A DNA stretch of 64,000 nucleotides, taken from positions 8,855-72,854 of the forward strand of contig DASYCE010000027.1 in NCBI GenBank assembly GCA_036500345.1. The letters are read 5' to 3'. The stretch is from Gemmatimonadales bacterium. Lineage in GTDB: Bacteria; Gemmatimonadota; Gemmatimonadetes; Gemmatimonadales; GWC2-71-9. Shown here piece by piece: positions 59,103-64,000 of this stretch. A program made the position numbers and the translations under genes. Position 1 is the first letter of the stretch. Every line of letters starts with the position of its first letter. A model generated the notes under the pieces. It did no database searches and had not been told where the DNA came from. It worked only from the letters and a program-made list of their open reading frames with translations.

Positions 59103-61036
59103 GCGTCGGTTTCCAGCGTGCGAAGATGAACCGGCCACATCCATCGCGCGGCGGCGATGATCGAGGTCACGGCGCCCGCCGCGATCCCCAGCGGACTCCG
59201 AACCAGCAGTGCGGTACAGAGGCCGAGCAGCGTGAGCGAGATGATCAGCGGCCACACGTTCTGGCCGGGAAGTTCGACCACGCCATCCGGGTGGGCGTCG
59301 AGCGGCGTCGTCAGCAACGTGAATCGGCCCTGATCGAGCGTCGGCCCTGCCGCTACACCGCCATCCCACAACGGCTCGCGACTGCTCACAATCGGGATCT
59401 GCGCGAAGTTGAACGGCTCCGGCGGTGACACGATCGACCATTCCAGCGTGTTCGCGTGCCATGGATCGCGACCGGATGCGGCGCCATGATGCAGCGATTG
59501 CAGCAGGTTCACCAGTGTGAGCACGGTACCGCCGATGAACACGACCGCACCGATCGTCGAGGCGAGATTCACCCCGTCAAGGCCGAGCCCCGGGAGATAC
59601 GTGTAGACTCGGCGCGCCATCCCCAGCAGGCCTGCGATGTGCATCGGGAAGAAGGCGAGATTGAATCCCGCGAACATCACCCAGAAGGACACGCGCCCCA
59701 GCCGCTCGTTCAGCAGGCGCCCGGTCATCTTGGGGAACCAGTAGTAGATCGCTGCGAACATCGCGAAGAGCGATCCGCCGGCGAGGACGTAGTGCAGGTG
59801 CGCCACGACGAAGTAGGTGTCGTGCGCCTGCCAGTCGAACGGCACCACCGCCGTCATCACGCCGCTGATGCCGCCGATCACGAATTGCAGGATGAATCCC
59901 AGCGCGAAGAGCATCGGTGTCTGGAAGACGACGCGCCCATACCACATCGTCGTGAACCACGCCGCGATCTGCACGGCGCTCGGGATCGAGACGATCATGC
60001 TCCCCGCGCTGAAGAATCCCACCGACACCTGCGGGATCCCGGTGACGAACATGTGGTGCACCCACACGCCGAAGCCGGCGAGTCCGGTGGCGACCGTGGC
60101 CAGCGCCACGATGTTGTGCCCGACCATCGGCCGCCGCGAGAAGACGGGGATGATCATCGACAGCATGCCGGTCGCGGGAAGGAAGACGATGTACACCCAC
60201 GGATGGCCGAACACCCAGAAGAGATGCTGCCAGAGCAGCGGCGTGCCGCCCCAGCGGGGGTCCAAGAAGACGAAATGCCAGCGCCGCTCCAGTTCGAGAA
60301 AGAGCAGCGCGACGGTCAGCGCCGGCATCGAGGCGATCACCGCGACCGACGTGGTGAGTGAACTCCATAGAAAGAGCGGCATCCGGTCGAGCGACATTCC
60401 CGGGGCGCGAAGCCTGAGGATCGTGACCACGAGGTTGATCGATCCGACCGTCGTGGCGACGCCGAGAAAGAGGAGGCCGATCGCGTAGAAATCGATGTTG
60501 TGGCCGGTATCGAACGGCAGCGATGCCAGGGGCGTGTAGTTGAACCACCCGGCATCGGGCGCCTGCCCGATGATGAACGCCGCGTACAGGAAGACGCCGG
60601 CCAGCAGAAAGACGTAGTAGCTGAAGGTGTTGAGGCGCGGAAAGGCGAGTTCGCGCGCGCCGATGAGCAGCGGTGTCAGATAGAAGGAGAATCCCGACAG
60701 CACCGGCTGGATGAAGAGGAACATCATCGTGGTGCCATGCATCGTGAACAGCCGGTTGTACGCTTCCGGCGACAGCAGGTGCGCCTCGGGGCGCGCCAGC
60801 TGGAGGCGCATCACTGCCGCTTCGAGTCCCCCCAGCACCAGGAAGACGCACGCGGTGACGATGTACCGGATCCCCAGCGCCTTGTGATCGACCGTCGTAA
60901 GCCACGCGAGCCAGGTATGCGGCGTTTCCCAGAGGGCGTCGAGTCGTTCCGCCGAGCCGGGCTTCGCGTCTAGTGCAGCCGTCGCATCCTCGGCGGCAAA
61001 GCGGCGATCAATATGGCCTGCGGTGCGCGGAGCCAT
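59099..61036 (-). CDS. ctaD: Cytochrome c oxidase subunit I (heme-copper oxidase, 14-TM form)
   Basis: Blocks TTVDHKALGIRY, FTMHGTTMMFLF, WQHLFWVFGHPWVYI (CuB His ligands) and HHMF. The C-terminal extension adds two TM helices. Start MAPRTAGH at 61036. Confidence 0.9.
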   Translation of the reverse strand: MAPRTAGHIDRRFAAEDATAALDAKPGSAERLDALWETPHTWLAWLTTVDHKALGIRYIVTACVFLVLGGLEAAVMRLQLARPEAHLLSPEAYNRLFTMHGTTMMFLFIQPVLSGFSFYLTPLLIGARELAFPRLNTFSYYVFLLAGVFLYAAFIIGQAPDAGWFNYTPLASLPFDTGHNIDFYAIGLLFLGVATTVGSINLVVTILRLRAPGMSLDRMPLFLWSSLTTSVAVIASMPALTVALLFLELERRWHFVFLDPRWGGTPLLWQHLFWVFGHPWVYIVFLPATGMLSMIIPVFSRRPMVGHNIVALATVATGLAGFGVWVHHMFVTGIPQVSVGFFSAGSMIVSIPSAVQIAAWFTTMWYGRVVFQTPMLFALGFILQFVIGGISGVMTAVVPFDWQAHDTYFVVAHLHYVLAGGSLFAMFAAIYYWFPKMTGRLLNERLGRVSFWVMFAGFNLAFFPMHIAGLLGMARRVYTYLPGLGLDGVNLASTIGAVVFIGGTVLTLVNLLQSLHHGAASGRDPWHANTLEWSIVSPPEPFNFAQIPIVSSREPLWDGGVAAGPTLDQGRFTLLTTPLDAHPDGVVELPGQNVWPLIISLTLLGLCTALLVRSPLGIAAGAVTSIIAAARWMWPVHLRTLETDA

Positions 61037-61238
61037 GGCGACAATAATCCGGTGAGAGCGCTGGCGCGGCTCCGACACGAGGCCGTCATCCCCGTGGTCG
61101 CTGGCCAGTTGATAGGACGCTCCAGCATGGCGGCGCGACACGGTGAGGTCCGATGCTGCCGGCGCCGCGTGCACAGTTGATACATGACTGCGGCATGGCG
61201 CCGGTTGACGGGCGCGGCCCACGCAGCAGTTTCATTCC

Positions 61239-63677
61239 ATGCGATTCCACCGTCTGCTCCCCGTTCTGCTCGGCTGCCTCGTCGCCTGCAACAGCGGCCA
61301 CGCCCCCGCAGCCCTCTCCCTCGATGGCCAACATCGCCTCCCGACCGGCGCCACCCTCGATCCCGTCGGCACCCTCGCCGACGTCGGCCCCTATCCGTTT
61401 GCCATGACGGACGTGCCCGGCGGATCGCATGCGCTCCTCCTCCTTGCCGGGTATCGGGACAACGGGATCCAGGTGATCGAGACAGCCACGGGCCATGCGG
61501 TCCAGACGATTCCGCTTCCCGATGCGTTTGACGGGATCGCCTTCGATCCCGCCGGACGCACCATCTACGCCGCCGGCGGCGATCGTGATGTCGTCTACAT
61601 TCTCGGCTGGAACGGCACCAGCGCCTCGCTGGCCGATTCGATTGTCCTGGCGCACCACGCCGCGCGCCAATCCGGGACGCGCTACCCGGGCGGCCTTGCC
61701 GTATCGCGCGACGGGAAGACCCTCTACGTCGCCGAGAACACCGACGACTCGCTCGCCGTGATTGACATCCCGTCGCGGCGCGTCCTGCAGCGCCTGCCGG
61801 CTGGCCGTTATCCCTACGCCGTCGCCGTTGCACCCGACGGCAGTGTCTACGCCAGCGCATGGGGCGGATTCGCGGTGACCCACTGGCATCTCGACGGCCA
61901 GCGGCTCGGGCCTGCAGCGACCGTGAGGGTCGCGCGTCATCCGTCGGCGCTCCTGATGAACCACGACGGCTCCCGCCTCTTCGTGGCGTCGGCGAGTACC
62001 GATCGCGTCAGCGTAATCGACACGCGAAGCGATGCCGTCGTCGCCGAACTGGTCGATACAATCCCCCGCGCATCAGGCGAGGGAAGCACACCCGATGCAC
62101 TGGCGCTGTCGCCGTCGGGCGACCGCCTCTTCGTCGCGGAAGCCGATAACAACGCCGTCGCCGTCTTCGGGCTCGGTGCCGCCACCTCGGGCGTTTCGTC
62201 GGCGGCCGGCGCCGATCATCTCGTCGGACGGATTCCGGTGGGATGGTATCCCAGCGCTCTTGCGGTTCACGGCGACACGCTGGTCGTCGTCAACGCCAAG
62301 GGGCGCGGCACTGCGCCGAACGGGAGCAACGGTCCCGGCCCCGGCGCGGGCCCGTCGAGAAAGCCGAGCGAGACCGGCTACACGCTGGGCCAGCTCACCG
62401 GGACGGTCTCGGTCATCCCGCTTCGCGGTCTCGACCTCGCCGCGACGTCGAAGCGCGTTGCCCACGCCAACGGATGGGATCGCGAAGCGGAGCGTGTCGC
62501 CGGATATCCGCCATTCGAGCATGTCATCTACATCATCAAGGAGAATCGGACCTACGACCAGGTCCTCGGCGATCTCTCGCAAGCCGACGGCGATACCTCG
62601 CTGGTCTTCTTCGGACGCAACGTGACACCCAATCAGCATGCGCTCGCCGAGCGGTTCGGCGTCTTTGACCGCTTCTTCGTCAACGCGGAGGTGAGCGCCG
62701 ACGGGCACAACTGGAGCACCGCCGCGTATACCACGGACTATCTCCAGAAGACGGTGCCGCTCAACTACGCCGGCAAGGGGCGCAGCTACGACTACGAGGG
62801 GGAGAATCGCGGCGTCCGTCCGCCGGACGGCGAAGACGCGGCCGAACCGGTGAACGGCTATCTCTGGGACCTGGCGAAGCGTCGCGGCATCACCTTCCGC
62901 AATTTCGGAGAGTTCGTCGCCGATCGGGACAACAGTGCGCTCGCCGCGGGATATCGCGGATTGAAGCCGTTCCTCGAATCACACACCGACTCGGCATTTC
63001 CCGGATTCGATCTCGCGATTCCCGATCAGCGCCGCGCCGACGAATGGCTGAAGAATCTTGCGGAGTGGGTGCGTACCGGGGCGATGCCGGCGTTGCAGAT
63101 CGTCCGGCTTCCCAACGACCACACCAGGGGCGCCGCCGCCGGTGCGTTCACGCCGCGTGCCTATGCCGCAGACAACGATCTCGCGCTGGGCCGGATGGTT
63201 GAGGGACTGTCGACCAGCCCCTTCTGGAAGAACACCGTCGTCTTCGTGCTCGAGGATGACGCCCAGAACGGTCCCGATCACGTCGACTCGCACCGCTCGG
63301 CGATGCTGATCGTCTCGGCCTACAATCAGCCACGCGTCTGGCACCGGTTCGGCAATACCACCGACGTCATCGCGACGATCGAGCAGATTCTCTCCCTCGA
63401 TCATCTCTCCCAGTTCGATGCCTACGGCCGGCCCTATCGAGGGATCTTCACGGCACGACCCGATCTGTCGCCGTACCACGTGCTGACGCCAGGGATATCA
63501 CTCACCGAGCGGAATCCCGCCAACACACCGGCCGCGCGCATGTCGGCGCATCTCGATTTCCGGCTCGAAGATCTGGTGGATGATGCGACGCTGAACCACG
63601 TCCTCTGGGCGGCGATCAAGGGCGATCGTCCGTATCCCGGCGTGCACCGGATGACCGCCGATCAGGTCAGCCGGTGA
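61239..63677 (+). CDS. Lipoprotein fusing a YVTN/YncE-like beta-propeller to a phosphoesterase (PlcC/AcpA-type) domain
   Basis: Lipobox LLGCLVAC. Propeller repeats: SRDGKTLYVAE, APDGSVYAS, NHDGSRLFVAS, SPSGDRLFVAE. Phosphoesterase blocks HVIYIIKENRTYDQVLGDL, LPNDHT and EDDAQNGPDHVDSHRS. Confidence 0.85.
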   Translation: MRFHRLLPVLLGCLVACNSGHAPAALSLDGQHRLPTGATLDPVGTLADVGPYPFAMTDVPGGSHALLLLAGYRDNGIQVIETATGHAVQTIPLPDAFDGIAFDPAGRTIYAAGGDRDVVYILGWNGTSASLADSIVLAHHAARQSGTRYPGGLAVSRDGKTLYVAENTDDSLAVIDIPSRRVLQRLPAGRYPYAVAVAPDGSVYASAWGGFAVTHWHLDGQRLGPAATVRVARHPSALLMNHDGSRLFVASASTDRVSVIDTRSDAVVAELVDTIPRASGEGSTPDALALSPSGDRLFVAEADNNAVAVFGLGAATSGVSSAAGADHLVGRIPVGWYPSALAVHGDTLVVVNAKGRGTAPNGSNGPGPGAGPSRKPSETGYTLGQLTGTVSVIPLRGLDLAATSKRVAHANGWDREAERVAGYPPFEHVIYIIKENRTYDQVLGDLSQADGDTSLVFFGRNVTPNQHALAERFGVFDRFFVNAEVSADGHNWSTAAYTTDYLQKTVPLNYAGKGRSYDYEGENRGVRPPDGEDAAEPVNGYLWDLAKRRGITFRNFGEFVADRDNSALAAGYRGLKPFLESHTDSAFPGFDLAIPDQRRADEWLKNLAEWVRTGAMPALQIVRLPNDHTRGAAAGAFTPRAYAADNDLALGRMVEGLSTSPFWKNTVVFVLEDDAQNGPDHVDSHRSAMLIVSAYNQPRVWHRFGNTTDVIATIEQILSLDHLSQFDAYGRPYRGIFTARPDLSPYHVLTPGISLTERNPANTPAARMSAHLDFRLEDLVDDATLNHVLWAAIKGDRPYPGVHRMTADQVSR

Positions 63678-63683
63678 TCGCGA

Positions 63684-64000
63684 TCAGTGCGAGGGCCAGT
63701 AGCCGCCGACGTCGGGCTCAGGCGGCGGGAGATTGTTGTGGCGCGGCGCGGCGTGCAACGACGTGTTCGGTGCCGTGGCGAGGGCGAGCAGATTGTTGAG
63801 TGCCACCGTGACCGTCGCGGTGTGCCACGCGTACCCCTGGTTGATCTCGTACGCGGCGCCGGAAATCCACAACGTCGCCTTCGTTCCGCGCGGGTCGGCG
63901 ATCATCGTCGAACGGTAGACGACGTCGGCGAACGGGTCGATCATCCCGGCGCGAGCGACCGGCGAAGGATAGGTCGTCCAGTGCTGCCCGTCGGTGCTGC
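63684..64000 (-). CDS. C-terminal part of a BNR/Asp-box lipoprotein paralogous to 3641-5038; the gene runs off the window end
   Basis: The minus-strand frame is open to position 64000. It reads STDGQHWTTYPSPVARAGMIDPFADVVYRST...WISGAAY...PPPEPDVGGYWPSH, colinear with the C-terminus of the 3641-5038 product. Confidence 0.7.
   Translation of the reverse strand, partial: STDGQHWTTYPSPVARAGMIDPFADVVYRSTMIADPRGTKATLWISGAAYEINQGYAWHTATVTVALNNLLALATAPNTSLHAAPRHNNLPPPEPDVGGYWPSH

Overview
Visibly very GC-rich, densely packed chromosomal segment. GC content was not computed. I call about 52 protein-coding genes, most of them on the minus strand. I found no rRNA or tRNA genes, CRISPR array, transposase, integrase or recognisable defence genes, and no intergenic gap exceeds about 260 bp. 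The gene content (alternative complex III, many secreted M28/S9 peptidases, a membrane-fused spermidine-synthase-like protein, Gly/Arg-rich inserts) suggests a Gemmatimonadota- or Acidobacteria-like soil bacterium, but that is inference only.

Layout:
- (i) 1-10.2 kb: an L-arabinose/glycan utilisation cluster. It holds a sugar ABC permease, a FucI-family isomerase, araB, araD, a mutarotase, a GH2, a BNR lipoprotein and a secreted formamidase-like protein.
- (ii) 10.4-18 kb: miscellaneous enzymes, including a tightly coupled ATP-grasp + SfnG-like flavin monooxygenase pair.
- (iii) 17.9-21.3 kb: a translationally coupled polyamine-type module (membrane-fused spermidine-synthase-like protein, DinB, SSAT-like GNAT).
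- (iv) 21-48 kb: a region rich in secreted hydrolases (2 S9, 3 M28, 1 amidohydrolase). It also carries an atypical K-channel-like protein, glucoamylase + polyphosphate glucokinase, a CHASE3 hybrid kinase, a duplicated ABC-2 exporter and a bacterial topoisomerase IB.
- (v) 48.9-61.0 kb: a 12-gene, almost gapless caa3 oxidase + alternative complex III operon (ctaD-ctaE-x-ctaG-cytc-ctaC-actABCDEF). Two uncharacterised genes follow it.
- (vi) 61.2-64 kb: a beta-propeller/phosphoesterase fusion and a second copy of the BNR lipoprotein.

I see no clear-cut novel system. The best candidates for follow-up are the recurrent RGG-type inserts in secreted hydrolases, the ATP-grasp/LLM pair, the cox-act super-operon with its appended DsrE-like Tat protein, the polyamine module, and a conserved PPPEPDVGG C-terminal tail on paralogous lipoproteins. 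All functional calls come from reading motifs in the translations by eye; no database search was possible.

The many long ORFs antisense to real genes are GC-driven artefacts. Many ORF-track entries also carry spurious 5' extensions, so I trimmed starts using signal peptides, SD sequences and stop/start overlaps.
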